This document shows positions 12,901-26,900 of a stretch of 64,000 bases of DNA, in pieces. The stretch is from Eledone cirrhosa (lineage: Eukaryota), in contig OZ024740.1 in the NCBI GenBank assembly GCA_964016885.1, positions 128,092,001 to 128,156,000 of the forward strand, in the 5' to 3' direction. The notes beneath the pieces were generated by a model. The model searched no databases. It saw only the letters and a program-made list of their open reading frames with translations, and was not told the DNA's origin. A program made the position numbers and the translations under genes. Each line of letters starts with the position of its first letter. The stretch's first letter is position 1.

Positions 12901-12933
<33 letters not shown>

Positions 12934-12936
<3 letters not shown>

Positions 12937-13264
12937 GAAGTTATATTTAATTTTTTGGGATACAACAAGCAAATATTTTTATAACTGATATAAAGCACTC
13001 AACAAATTTTTGGAGTAAAAATACAGTATATTAATAAATGGAAACTATATTTCTAAAACCATATTTATTTCATTATACATATTTCAAGGACACCTTGAGT
13101 GCTTTATATCAGTAAAATTAGTAACCCCACTATCCGGGAGCTTCCAACCGACATGGTTGCATTATTTAAGGGTATGTCAATATTTTGCAATAATTTGCTT
13201 TGGTGTCCTTGAAATATGTATAATGAAATAAATATAGTTTTATAAATATAGTTTCCATTTATTA

Positions 13265-13268
<4 letters not shown>
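12934..13268. mobile_element. TA-embedded insert with two sets of inverted repeats
   Basis: 13028-13094 / 13202-13268 and 12984-13002 / 13095-13113 are reverse complements. Confidence 0.65.
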
Positions 13269-13357
<89 letters not shown>

Positions 13358-14301
13358 GAATAATCGAGTATCGAAAATTCGGCGCACGAGTTCACGATAA
13401 ACAAAATTCGAGATGAGCGGCAGAGGGCTCCATAATTCAGATAAATCAGAGCTATAACTATCGTTAAAATACCGTCACACGTAGAATATGTCTACAATCA
13501 ACCAAACGACCGAAAAATTGCGATATGGAAGATAAATTATCAATAAATCAATAAATCAAATGAATGTAAAAAGCATACCCGGACCCACTAGAGAGATGGT
13601 ATATCTAGATTCTTGGGTTTCTGTAAATCCTTAAACTGTCCCCTATCAGCTCACATAAAAATATAAGACTTATAGACGACGGCGGACTGGAGTTACTTCT
13701 TCAACGAGCTTTAGTCCGAACGAATGAAAAGACAAAACCCAGGCTGAAAATACGCACATGGATTTCAGCAAGGGAGATAACCTTTATATCCGCAAAAAAT
13801 ATTCGGGAAAATGTGGAATAACACATATCGAATAAGAGTGCTCAATAGACATATATATATATATATATATATGTATATATGCATATATATATGTATATGT
13901 ACATATATATATATTGTGTGTGTGATGTCCTGCCTTTATTTATATATATATATAACTATAAATGTAAGTGTATCTTATTATCATTTTGTCCCAACTCCCT
14001 TTTAGTCTAGTGAAATAGGCGAGTACTAGCTGCTTCTGCTAGCAAATATTTTACTCATCAAACGTCCAGCCTTTACCTCCATTCTGCAGTCATAATACAA
14101 CATTTAAAATACTACCTCCCAAGAATATTTCAATTGTAACCTACAGTTCAATTTAGGTTTCTCTTGTAAAGCCGATAGCCTAACGGCCCTAGTGCATGTG
14201 GGTTGCACTGTGGCTGCATACTAGTTGGTGTAACTGTGCAGTCAGGACTTTGAAGACAAAATTAGTTATATTTTCACTATTGTTCCTTCACATTTATAGT
14301 T

Positions 14302-14365
<64 letters not shown>

Positions 14366-14908
14366 TCACTTTAACTATCTGAGCAGCATCCTTGTAAATA
14401 ATGGTGCCTCGGTGCTTGACATCGAATGTCAGATCGGCAAAGGAGCCGGCAAAAGAGCCACAGTACCAAGAGCATCTTGCTGCCGACAGTGATTTACACA
14501 AGCGAAACCTAGAAGAGCACGGCAAAGATGGGGAGATGGCTGAAGGCATTACAACAGCAGTACCTATGAAGGATCCTTTGTGTCCTGGTCCTACCAAGTG
14601 TAAAATGAGGAAATCCTGTGAAAAGCCAAGTCGTCGGTGCTGCAGAAGGTCGTCAGAGAGCACCAGTGCCGCCTGACTGGCCATATACTCTGCCTGCTTG
14701 ATGAACAACACTCAAAAACTATGATGGACTAGACTCCATCTGGCAGCAAACGGAAGCAGGGTTGCCCCAGGATCACCTGGCGACGGACATTCCGAAAGGA
14801 CCTATTTGCAGTCAACATCACTTAGCATGGACGCAATAAAAGCTGCCGCTGATCATGATAGTTTGTGACCACACACTGCCAAAAGGCGCGGAAGAACCAA
14901 GACTAAGA
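14366..14908 (+). mobile_element. RTE LINE 3' fragment related to 23921-27138
   Basis: FNYLSSILVNNGASVLDIECQIGK; ends ...CCAAGACTAAGA into (TA)n. Confidence 0.85.
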
Positions 14909-14931
14909 TATATATACATATGTTTATATAT

Positions 14932-14994
<63 letters not shown>

Positions 14995-14995
14995 A

Positions 14996-15060
<65 letters not shown>

Positions 15061-15109
15061 CATGTATATATATATGTATATATACATAGAGAGAGAGATA
15101 TGGATATAT

Positions 15110-15183
<74 letters not shown>

Positions 15184-15650
15184 ATATATATGTGTGTATA
15201 TATACACACACGCACATAAATAGACCAAAGCTAGGGTGAATACTTCAAGCAGTATTATAGATTTTTAAAATATCATCATAAAAGATTAGGTAAAACCCAT
15301 AGCCATTAGAATTAGATGGTGAAAAAATTCATTCCATTAACTGTCCTAGGAACAATGCAAAGTAAGATTATTGATTTGAATTAATATACCATGTATACAA
15401 TGTTCTTTCCTTCAATATCTTTTACCAGACCCCAGTTTAAAAAGAAGTAACAATTACAGAAAATCACCTATGACACATAAAGGAGTAAATTTCTAAAACG
15501 TATTTTCTATAGATCATAAAAACGTGCTTCTTTTCTTTACTTATTGCAAAATTAGATTCATTGTATCAATATTCAAAACTACGTGGTTGTATGTATATAT
15601 GTGATAATGTGTTTGAGTATATATAAAGGCGTGCAACCAAACAAAGTCAA

Positions 15651-15771
<121 letters not shown>

Positions 15772-16239
15772 CATATATTATATGCATACACACACATATA
15801 TATATGTATATAATATTCAACCCATGCAAGGATGGAAAGACAGAGGCAAAACGATAATGACAATGATGATGATATCTATATACCCACATGTATATATTGC
15901 TATATACATAATTAGACACAAACATATATTTAGACAGTTGCATATATATATATATATATACATCGGCCTGAAATAAATTGAGATATATATATCAAACTAA
16001 ATATATATGTATTGTCTTTTGCCTGAACATAGTTTTGCTTCTAGTATACATATATTCATAAATATATAAACACACGTTACATTCTCCAGCAAACTGGGAA
16101 ATGAATGCTACTAAAAATACAGTTGTTTATATGGAAGTATACTGAATATAATACAAGGAGATATTTCATATACTACGTCAACATTTTATAAATTTGAGTA
16201 GTGTCTATTTGTATACTTTGCTTATCTCCTAAACTCGAT

Positions 16240-17262
16240 CACAACAGCTTCTTCTGATGTACATGGGGTGCAATGATTAATCTGTCTGAGACTGAGGCCC
16301 CAAGAGCAATTAAAAAGCTAAAATGTGGAGATGATGAAATTCAGCCTGTGATGTTAAAAAAACTTATATAGAGCAGGTATTATCTGGCTGACTCATGTGT
16401 GCTGGGTGGTTTGGATCTCTGGAAAGGCACCTAAGCATAGTAATCAGGAGTGATTATCCCAATTTTTAAAAGGGTCACAAGAGAGATTTCACCAATTATA
16501 GAGGGATCACATTGTTAAATTTCCTTGGTAAAGCCTATGCTGTGTCTGGAAAAGTGATGTAGGGATATTTTCTAGTCCCAGCTAGGTGATGAACAGTGGG
16601 GATTTTTGCCCAGGATGCAGCACAGGAGACCAAATTTTCACACTGTGGCAGATCTTTGAGAAATTGTGAGAATACAGCCAAGCGTGTATTCTTGCTTTGT
16701 AAACCTCGAAAAAGCAAATGACCATATTACAAGAGATCTGGCACAGAAGGTTCTGCAGGAGTATGGGATCAATGGTCAACTTCTTGTTGACCCAATGTCT
16801 CTATACAAATGCCTGAGTATTTGTGTTCCGATAGATGGTGCTCAATCGAAACCATTCAAGGTGTGTCTACTGTCATCACTCCTGTTCATTATTTTCATGA
16901 ACAGAATTGAAATATGCAGCCAGATTGGAAGTGGTATCACGACTGGAAGTTGTAAGATCAGCTGGCTGGAATTTGCAGATGATGTGGTATTAGTTAACTC
17001 GAAGGTGAGCTCTGACATGCACTAGATAGGTTTGATGTCAAGTGCTGTGTGGCTGGAATGAAAATCAGTGCTGCAAAGAATGAAACACTCATCTTTACAA
17101 GGAATCCTGCACAGTGCATACCACATGTGAAAGGATTTCCACATGTAGAATGTGGTGGAGATGTTTAAATATTTCAGAGTTGTATTCATGAGTGATGAAA
17201 GACAAGAGGCTTAAATAAGTGCAAGACTTGCATGAGCTGTTGCAGTAATGCATCACGCTTCA
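16240..17262 (+). mobile_element. degenerate RTE (Expander-like) reverse transcriptase fragment
   Basis: GVIIPIFK, NYRGITLL, FVNLEKAND, LLSSLLFIIFMN, LEFADDVVL motifs with frameshifts. Confidence 0.85.
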
Positions 17263-17588
17263 GCCTTCTGCTTACCCTAACATTTTTTTGTGTCTCTTTT
17301 TATCAAAAGGTAACTTGGTTTAACAGCTTCATATTAAATGATCAGTGTCTTACTATAAAAGAGTTGGTACAAGAAATAGTTTTTGGCCATAAACTCTTGT
17401 CCCACGCAATGCATACAACATGAAAAAAAATTAAAATACAAACATGACTAGATAAATTGAAATATATTTCTACATACATTAACAAATTTCTCCAGACACA
17501 TGGTTATTTCTGGCAGAAACACAACAGTGAAGTAAAACTGGTAGTGGCTAGCAAATAAATGGGTAGCTATAAAAACGTTCACCATATA

Positions 17589-17892
17589 TCATCATCATTT
17601 TTACGTCCGCTTTTCCCTGCTCGCAAGGGTGGGACGGGACTGATTCTGGCTTGATTTCTACAGTTGGATGCCCTTCCTAACACCAACCTCATTTATAGCG
17701 AGGGCTGGGTGCTTTTTTACCGTGGCACCTCCACGACCACTTTGCAGTGAAATGATAGGGACACCAGTCCCTATCATCTCATTTCTACAGCTGAGAAAAC
17801 TGGAACAATGTGAAATAAAGTGTCTTGCTCAAGGAAACAACACATCACCCGGTCTGAGAATTGAACTCACAACCTTTCGATTGCAAGGCCAA
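17589..17892 (-). mobile_element. CORE-type SINE family A
   Basis: Homologous to 7588-7909, and includes the B box (minus GAGTTCAATTC). Confidence 0.88.
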
Positions 17893-18347
17893 CCTTTCGA
17901 TTGCATATATATGTAAGGAATACAGAGAGAAATGATGAGAAGGTTATTCCAGTCTTTTATCAGTAAGAAAAAAAAATATATGGAATTCTCGACATCCAAA
18001 ATCAAGACATGAAATCTTACAGTTGTCATTCAATGGCTATGCATTTCAGGAGTGGATATAGCAGCTGCAATATTCTTACATCTACTGGATGAAGGGTAAA
18101 GCTTAAAGATTACAGTAATTACTTGATTTCATGTCTGGTATATGACAGATTATAGGGTTGATTTATATAGGTGACATTCCCATGTTATTCCTGTCTCTCG
18201 GGGTGTATATACCTAACATATTCAAATATTTCGTAGTTAAACGTGTGTTGGAGCGCCATACAATAAGAGGACATATATTCAAAGATTAAAGTTGCTTGAT
18301 AAAACGGCGGATTCTTTATATATGTGTGTAAGTAAAAAAAGAGGTAG

Positions 18348-18391
<44 letters not shown>

Positions 18392-19092
18392 TAATAATAA
18401 CGCTTCCGGAAATATAGGAATAATAGTGCACAGACAATTGGCTTTAGAATTGTCTTCCTATTTCTATAATTCCTATTAGTGGTTCATTAGTCCTATTGTC
18501 TGAAAAAAACTAGAAAGAAAAATCAAATCTGTCCAAAACAACTTTGTCAACATCGGAAATCAATCTCCCATCATTCTTCTTTCTCTTGTACATTCTAGTT
18601 TTACTTATCATATGTAATCTTCCAAACAAAAGTTTGTGAGGATGTATATATCTGCATTTACATGCAAGTGTATGTAATGGTAATTCTGTGTGAGCATGTC
18701 AAATTGCCTGTTTATATGTGTGTGTGTATATATATATATATTCTGTCAACATCCTTATCACTATCAAATGTTATAAAATGTGAACAAATTAGTATAGTTC
18801 ATATGAGGTATTGTGAGATATATAATAAATGATAAGTTTCAAAAAGCAGGCACAATGTTGTAGAAATATAAAAAGGGCAAAGGGTGAAAATAAAACAAAA
18901 CATGTAGACAAGTGAGGGAACACATTGATCGTTCACTTTTGTTTTGAAATGATTTAGATTCACATATGAAAAGACGGTTTAGCCATGAAATATGTTGAAA
19001 TATATTGGGTAAAACATTACTTTGCTTTGTTTGTGTGTCACACTTTTTCCTTTAAATAAATCTACTGCATTGCACTAGCGTTTTAGTATATA

Positions 19093-19223
19093 CTAGACTA
19101 CCCGTGACCCGTTGGGTCATGTTCACTTTAAAATAATTTCTAAAAAATTAAATTATACACTAACATGTATATAATGTAAAATCAAATGTTATATATAGGT
19201 CACAGACACCCACATATATATAA

Positions 19224-19255
<32 letters not shown>

Positions 19256-19436
19256 GTAGATATATATACATATATTTATTTACGTGTCCCAACGACTTTT
19301 TTTAGCCGCTGTTCGCACCAACCTGGGGTATATGGCCTTTAAAGTGATGAAATGCCTAGGACGGTTGGAAGGCCACTGATGAAGGACTTACTTTTTCATA
19401 TGTAACCCATGTGCAACGCCGCAGCTCCATTATTAT

Positions 19437-19468
<32 letters not shown>

Positions 19469-20358
19469 TAAGATAAATCAAATGAATTTAATCTAAATCA
19501 AAATGATGGGTGTCATGCCAGAAAGACATGCGCCATATCACCCGCAAAATAAGCTCTAAGATTCTAACGAGTAGGTCCAAGCATTTTATAATAACTAGAA
19601 ATTGATTAACATATAAATAAACATGAATAATCACAGGCGATAATTTTTACAAGTGTGTAACCACACATAGCTGGGTAGGTAACTAAATAAAGTTGACCAG
19701 AACTTCAAAAATAGATACCTTATAATATGATTAATCTTCCCTGTATATATTCCATTAAAGAAATATATTTCACCAATTAATCAAATGGTAAACCACGGAA
19801 GCGGATACTTGGATTTTCAACAAGGAAGAAGTTCCAGCGATCAGTGTTTACACTTCAAGTTCAAATCAGCGACTGGCCAGTAACACGTGCTATATCTATT
19901 AGAAATACACACATCATACTAGCATCGTCCCAGTGGCCTGAATAGGGTTATCGACAACTAGAAACAGCAGTCAAGTCCTTTCAACAGAGTTAGCTCTACA
20001 ATTAAGGAGCCGTATTTATATATCTATATCCAAAATTAAGATAAATCAAATAAATTTAATCTAAATCAAAATGATGGGTGTCATGCCAGAAAGACATGCG
20101 CCATATCACCCGCAAAATAAGCTCTAAGATTCTAACGAGTAGGTTCGAGCATTTTATAATAACTAGAAATTGATTAACATATAAATAAACATGAATAATC
20201 ACAGGAGATCTGTGATTATTCATGTTTATTTATATGTTAATCAATTTCTAGTTATTACATATATATATATATATACATATATATATCTATATATATGTGT
20301 GTGTGTTTTTATATAGATGCAGGTGTATAGATGCAGACATACACACACTCACATACAC

Positions 20359-20436
<78 letters not shown>

Positions 20437-20836
20437 ATTCAGATACACACTTAGAAACCCTTTCTATTTAGCAGGATACAGTAATGCTATATTCGTTTCT
20501 CTGAAGTCACCGATTATAATTTCATTCAACAACACCATAGGCTCTCTCTCTCTTCCATTTTCCTTCTCTCACTCACTCTCTCTCTATTTCTCTCTCTCTT
20601 TTAATCTACTCTCTCCCAACCACTATCTCTTTCTCTCTATCATTCTCTCTCTCTATTTATGAAAGTACCCGGAAAAAACCTGTATCTCGGAACCAATTTA
20701 CGTAAAACTTGTTTTATTCTATTTGTATTCCCATTTCAGGGTCAAACCTCTTTCAAAGTAGTTTCCCATTGTGCGCCATTTTGCTGTATTACATTACACA
20801 CAAGCAAGCAATCACAGAGTTTTAGTAGTATACTAG
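19093..20836 (+). mobile_element. Helitron-like non-autonomous element with nested TA inserts; related pieces at 21021-21090 and 27690-28100
   Basis: Starts ACTAGACTACCCGTGACCCGTTGGGTCA; 3' part (aatttacgtaaaacttgttttattc...caagcaagcaatc) is shared with 27930-28100, which ends TAATATATAGAT. Confidence 0.5.
19463..20257 (-). mobile_element. retrozyme-like element: 568-bp monomer, ~175-bp direct repeat plus ~50-bp fold-back; relative at 23230-23699
   Basis: 19464-19640 is repeated at 20032-20209; 20210-20257 inverts 20157-20204; possible degenerate hammerhead on minus (TTGAAAA-tccaa...ttggt-GAAATATATT). Confidence 0.75.
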
Positions 20837-20890
20837 ACCACCCAGATTTCTTTGATCTATATACACTGGTCATAGATACACATATACACA

Positions 20891-20962
<72 letters not shown>

Positions 20963-21144
20963 CTCACATATATATATATATACACAACAACAACAACAGC
21001 ATCTCTCTCTCTTCCAAAATCATGTTCACTTAAAAGTAATTTTTAAATAATTAAAATATACACAGACATGTATATAATGTGAAATGAAACTGGAAGGCCC
21101 ATATATATATACATGTGTGTATGTATATATATATAAGTGTGTGC

Positions 21145-21224
<80 letters not shown>

Positions 21225-21423
21225 TTAAGGATACTATTTATGGTTATGTATATACTAAAACCTTTTATAGTTATATATATTTTAAACCCTAAATGGTTAA
21301 AGACAGTAATTTATTACTATCTTATTACCAGTAAGATAAATAGCTCAATGTAACAACATCAGTTGTTTTACAGAGCAGTTATATAGAAATTACATGAATC
21401 AAAGTTCTCTTTAAATCATTTAT

Positions 21424-21472
21424 TTGCTTACAATTGTTTCTTCCAAACCGAGGTTTGGAGTCTTCGGAGCAA
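21424..21472 (-). ncRNA. minimal hammerhead ribozyme (CCGAAGA core variant)
   Basis: ttgct-CCGAAGA-c tccaaacc tc ggtttgga a-GAAA-caattgT-A-agcaa. Confidence 0.72.
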
Positions 21473-21953
21473 TTATTCAGTGATTCTTTAAATACTTGAC
21501 CTCCTTTTCAACACAAGGGACATATAGAAACATATGTATATATACACACGGGCTTCTATATCGTACAGGTGTGTGTGAAAAATGCTTTACCAGTACAGCC
21601 CCCATGATGCTCTTGATTGCCTGCTTTGACTGCTTGTTTTACATGTAACAATCTTCCGCACTATAATCTTGTATAAATAGGACACGCGTGCATGACTCAC
21701 GTGTGACTGTTGCATACACTGGCTACTCCAAATTATCCTCTTGCTTTATCTTCGTAAACTGCCAATGTTTTATTTTAATTTTAATTTTAACTTTAATTTT
21801 GTCCTTTAATATGACTAATCTTTGTATGTAAATTGCCATGCTATATTATTATAATGGATATCAACCCACTGTGGGTCAATATATATATACATATGTTTCT
21901 ATATGTCTCTTGTGTTGAAAAGGAGGTAAAGTATGTAAAAAATCACTGAATAA

Positions 21954-22002
21954 TTGCTCCGAAGATCCCAAACCTCGGTTTGGAAGAAACAATTGTAAGC
22001 AA
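21954..22002 (+). ncRNA. minimal hammerhead ribozyme (CCGAAGA core variant)
   Basis: 5-bp stem I ttgct/agcaa, stem II ccaaacc/ggtttgg, palindromic stem III ACAATTGT, GUA triplet. Confidence 0.72.
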
Positions 22003-22035
22003 ATAAATGATTTAAACAGAAATTTGATTCATGTA

Positions 22036-22076
<41 letters not shown>

Positions 22077-22079
<3 letters not shown>

Positions 22080-23208
22080 TATTAAAAAAATAATGAATAA
22101 ACAAAGAAACAGTTCCTTATATTAAACAAAAAACGTTCATTATTTTACGATCGTTTCTAGGACATATATGTGTTAGAATTGGTATGCATATTCAAAAGAT
22201 CTATGTACAAAATTATACAAACTATCAGAGAGAATATACATACCTTCACATATATATGCTGTCTTCAGAAATAATGATGCTTGTTTATTGATAATAACAA
22301 CAATTCAAAATAATAGGTCTGTTTGGGAACAGATTTTGAATAGACCAATGAAATAAAGATTGAGATACATAAAAATTTATCAAGAAAATACAGTTAGGTG
22401 TGTATATATGTATGTAAATACGCTCACAGATGTGCATAAAAGTGTATGCTCATATGTATACGTATAGTGAAAAAGTGTATGTAAATATAAAATTTAGGGC
22501 TAATGTATCTGTATGTCTGTAATCAACAGACAGAATATATATATATATATATATATATCATAAGTATATGAATATTGAGGCGCTCAGATAAACACGCCCA
22601 CACACACTTACATTTAGATGCGGAAGTAAAAGAGGTAAGGGAGTATAGTAATTAGAGGAAAGTGTCAATCTCGACATACTTATAAAAATGTATCAATAAA
22701 TTAGAAATAAAAAAAAATGTTTATAGAAGGAAAAAACTCAAGAAAAGAAGACAAAAAAAGACAAAAAAGGGGGGGTGGTACGTACATACACAGACACGCA
22801 TGTCTCACAAAAGAAACATAAAAAAACATAAAAGAGAGACATAAAATATACATGGTTAAATACACACGCACATTTACACATCCATACGTTCGATATATAT
22901 GTGAAGGTATGTATATTCTCTCTGATAGTTTGTATAATTTTGTACATAGATCTTTTGAATATGCATACCAATTCTAACACATATATGTCCTAGAAACGAT
23001 CGTAAAATAATGAACTTTTTTGTTTAATATAAGGAACTGTTTCTTTGTTTATTCATTATTTTTTAATAATTTATCTTGACTCTGTTTTCCGTTTATCTTT
23101 CACCGAAAGTGATTTTTGAATGCATCTCTTCTTTTCATGATATCCGGATTACATTGAGTTCTTCATACGGATTGGACACTACCGTAAACTTTTGGTAGAT
23201 TTATCTAC
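22077..23208. mobile_element. TA-embedded fold-back element with ~180-bp arms and a degenerate hammerhead
   Basis: 22077-22257 versus ~22894-23072; TTGAATA-tgcata...tatgtccta-GAAA-cgatcgT-A-aaat at 22952-23008. Confidence 0.8.
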
Positions 23209-23229
23209 ATATATATATATATATATATA

Positions 23230-23692
23230 GCCGAAATAAATTTAGTTAAATTAAATTAAAGGAGTCATGTCCGAGACATGCGCCATATCCACTGTAGAAT
23301 AAACTCAAGGATTCCAATGAATAGATCCGACCATTTTATATCAACTAGAAATTGATTGACATATATATATATATATATATAAAATAAACACATGAAACAA
23401 TCACAGGGGATAATTTGTAAAGTCTGTAATCACATACAGCTAGGTAGGTAACAAATTAAAGTTTAACTATATCTTCAATTATTACCTTTTAAAAATTTAT
23501 TAATCCTCTTTGTATATATTTCATTACAGAAATATATTTCACTAAAAATCTGTAAAGTTATTTGAAGATCAAGTTAAACTTTAATTAGTTACCTACCTAG
23601 CTGTATGTGATTACACACTTTACAAATTATCCCCTGTGATTGTTTCATGTGTTTATTTTAAATATATATATATATGTCTATCAATGTCTAGT

Positions 23693-23699
<7 letters not shown>
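23230..23699. mobile_element. diverged relative of 19463-20257 with a ~140-bp fold-back
   Basis: Shared agacatgcgccatatc, actagaaattgatt and gtaggtaac; 23562-23699 inverts ~23337-23478. Confidence 0.8.
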
Positions 23700-23727
<28 letters not shown>

Positions 23728-23730
<3 letters not shown>

Positions 23731-23900
23731 CGAAGGAAATGTGGTAAGGAACCAGGTGGACCATAACGCACCAAAGTACTCAATACTTGAGGTAGTAGAG
23801 TGGGTAATAGGAACCAGTAAGACCCCGATAGCTATACCCCGACAGAATTAGCCGTCGAAACGGCTTGAGCTCAGCTGTCGGGGTCTTACTGGTTCCTATA
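23728..23900. mobile_element. second copy of the 2098-2220 family, with 27-bp fold-back arms
   Basis: Arms 23807-23833 / 23873-23899. Confidence 0.8.
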
Positions 23901-23920
23901 TATATATATATATATATATA

Positions 23921-26900
23921 TCTTAGTCTTAGTTTTAAATTCTTCCCCACAGTTCGGCGCATCGAGCAGTTAGTACTCGCCAACGGTCACGATCAGCGGC
24001 AACTTTTTCGAGATCGTGCCAGGTGATGTTCGCTGCCATCAGGTCCTTCCGGAACGTTCGTCGCCAGGTGATTCTTGGGCAACCCCGCCTCCGTTTACCG
24101 CCAGGCGGAGTCCCAGTTCATCGCTATTTTCGAATGGCGTTCATTTGGCAGACGGAGAATACTGCCAGCCAGAGGACACCGACGCTCCGCGACCACTCTC
24201 TGTAGCATCCACGACTCGGCTCTCCGAAGGATCTCCTCGTTTCGCACTCGGTCACGCCAGGACACACGAAGGATCTTTCGCAGGCACCGCTGGTGGAATG
24301 CATTCAGCCGTCTCTCTATTGTTGCCGTACTCTTCCAGGTCTCGCTCGCATAAAGCACTCTCGGCAGCAGGATGCTCTTGTACAAGCGGAGCTTCATTTT
24401 GGTGTTAATGCATGAAGACGACCAGACTAGGCACAGCCGCTAGAAAACTGCAGCTCATTTGCCGATCCGACAGTTGATGTCGAGCTCCGCGTCGCCGCTG
24501 CCTGTCAGGATGCTGCCCAGATAGGTGAAGTGATCGACTTCTTCGAGGTCCTGTTGGTTGACTGTGATCACTGTACCTGTGTTGGTGGCTGTTCTCATTA
24601 CCTTGGTCCTTTTGGTGTTGATTCTCAGGCCGATCTTTTCAGCACTCTCTTGTAGGGATTTTGTTAGGGCCCGCAGATCTGCACTGTTTTCAGCGATCAA
24701 AGCGATGTCGTCAGCGAATGCCAGGTCCCTCAGCCTCGACTGCCCTCTCTATGGGATTCCTCGACCGGGTCCTTCATCCATTCGCCTTAGTACGAAATCG
24801 GCTGCCAGCAGGAACAATAATGGAGAGAGAATGCAACCCTGTCTGACTCTGGAGACAATGTCAAAGAACTCCATCACACCGGACTCAGTCCACACGCAGC
24901 AGCTGGAGTTTTCATACAGGGCCTTGAAAATTGTGATGAATCTTGCAGGAATGTCGTACAGTTGTGCAACATTCCACAGCGACTCCCGGTGTACACTGTG
25001 CGAATGCCTTCTGGAAATCAATAAAATTGACCGCCAAAGTCTGTTGTAGCTCAACGCATTGTTCGAGAATGTTGCGTAGTGTAAAGATCTGTTCTGTGCA
25101 AGATCGATATTTTGGAAGCCAGCGTGTTCCTCCCGGAGCACAGCCTGCCGGAGTTGACACAGCAGCACCGTGCAGAACGCCTTGCCTGGGAGTGACAGAA
25201 ATGTGATACAACACCAGTTGCTGCAGTCTGCCAGGTTTCCCTTCTTCGGCAGTTTGACGATGACACGGCGCTGCTACTCAAGGGGAACCCGACCAACACT
25301 CCAGCAGTGGTTCATCAAGTCTGTCAACGCCGTTATCGTGCTCTCCTCATCGAATTTGAGCAGCTCAGCAAATATCTCATCCAGTCCGCCTGCTTTGCCG
25401 TTCTTCAAGTCGCTAATCGCATCTCTCGTCTCTTGCTTGGTGATATGGTCCTCGCAGACTTTGAGTACCTCAGTGGTTGCTGGAGTCTCTGCGGTCAAGT
25501 CTATCAGGGCGACCGGAGTTGGTTGGTTCACCGTCTCCCGGAAGTTCTCCATCCATCTCTGCTCCTGTTCCACTCAAGTGGTCAACATCTTGCCATTTTT
25601 ATCCTTCACCGGTATGCTGGCACCGCTCGACATTCCCGTCAACTCCCTCACGATGCGGAACAGTGCTTTTGTTTCATTTCGACCTGCAGCTTCCTCTGCC
25701 TCAGCACCCTTTTTCTCCAGCCAGTCACGTTTGTCCCGCCGGCAGCTTCGCTTTACCAGTCGGTCGATTTGGCGGTATACGGCATCTCTTTTCTTTTGGT
25801 CTTCCTCCGATCTGGCAGAATCTCGCTCGACGTTTGCCTTTTTTCGTTGGTCAATCAAGTCCCATGTTGGTTCTTGGATCCATTTTTCCCCCCTCGTTCC
25901 TCGTCTTCAGCCAATAGTTTCTTGTGTTGCCTCATTCACCGCTATCGTGAACATCGTCCATTGATCTTCCAGATCTGCAGCCTCACTCAACTGCTGGAAT
26001 CGGTTGTGTAGCGCCAGTTGGTATAGTCGCGCTTGACCGGGATACTTCAGTTTCTCCACAGCATAGGGCCTGTCGTGTCCGTTTCTTCAGGCGCAGCTGA
26101 AATTCCGCACACAGTAGGTGGTGGTCTGAGCCCACGTCCGCACCTCGGTACACTCTGACGTCACGTACCGAGGACCACCTGCGCTCGTTGATGCAGATGT
26201 AGTCGATCTCGTTTCAGCTTTTCTGGTCCGGAGACTGCCAAGTAGCCTTGTGAATCGCCTTGTGTTTGAAATAGGTGTTGCTAATGCACAAGCTGTTGAT
26301 GGCACAAAACAACTGCAGTCTCTCGCCGTTGTCCGTGGTGACCGCAGCAGAACCGAATGTCCCAGTGACCTGTTCCAGTTCTTGTCTGTTGCAGCCAATC
26401 TGAGCATTGAAATCACCGATCAGTAGTTTGATGTCATGGCTGGGCAAGTTATTAAAAGTGTCCTGCAGCTGTTCGTAGAAGTCATCCTTGTCGATGTCGG
26501 TTGTGTCATGAATCAGTGCGTAGCCCTGAACAACAGTGATTTTTGCATGCCCACTTTGAAAACGGTAGGTTATGATGCGCTCGCTGACTGGCTCCCATCC
26601 GATAAATGCTCGAGTTGCTCGGGCGCTAAGCACAAGTCCACCGCCATGAATGTGCTTGTTTTAGTGTCCAGAGTAGAGTAGAGTTGTGTCTCCGCTGCCA
26701 TTCATCTTTCCGTTGCAGGTCCAGCGCATTTCTCTGACGCCCAGAATATCCAGCTGGTATTGGTCGAAATCGCGAAGTAAATGAGCCAGCTTTCCTGCCA
26801 GGTATAGTGTACGCACGTTCCAAGTTCCAATTCGTATCTTTGTTTTGGTGCTCAGAATCCGGCTCATCGGAGCCCCAACGTCCTTTCGGATTTGATTGAA

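Larger units (their letters stand above)
21221..22039. mobile_element. TA-embedded fold-back element with a hammerhead in each ~158-bp arm
   Basis: 21387-21544 is the reverse complement of ~21882-22039. Confidence 0.85.

Noticed and set aside
19376-19420. CTGATGAAGG hammerhead start
   Set aside because: No GAAA half follows; at most a truncated remnant.
25170-26011. Long + strand ORFs (264 and 234 aa)
   Set aside because: Antisense shadows of the GC-rich RTE ORF.
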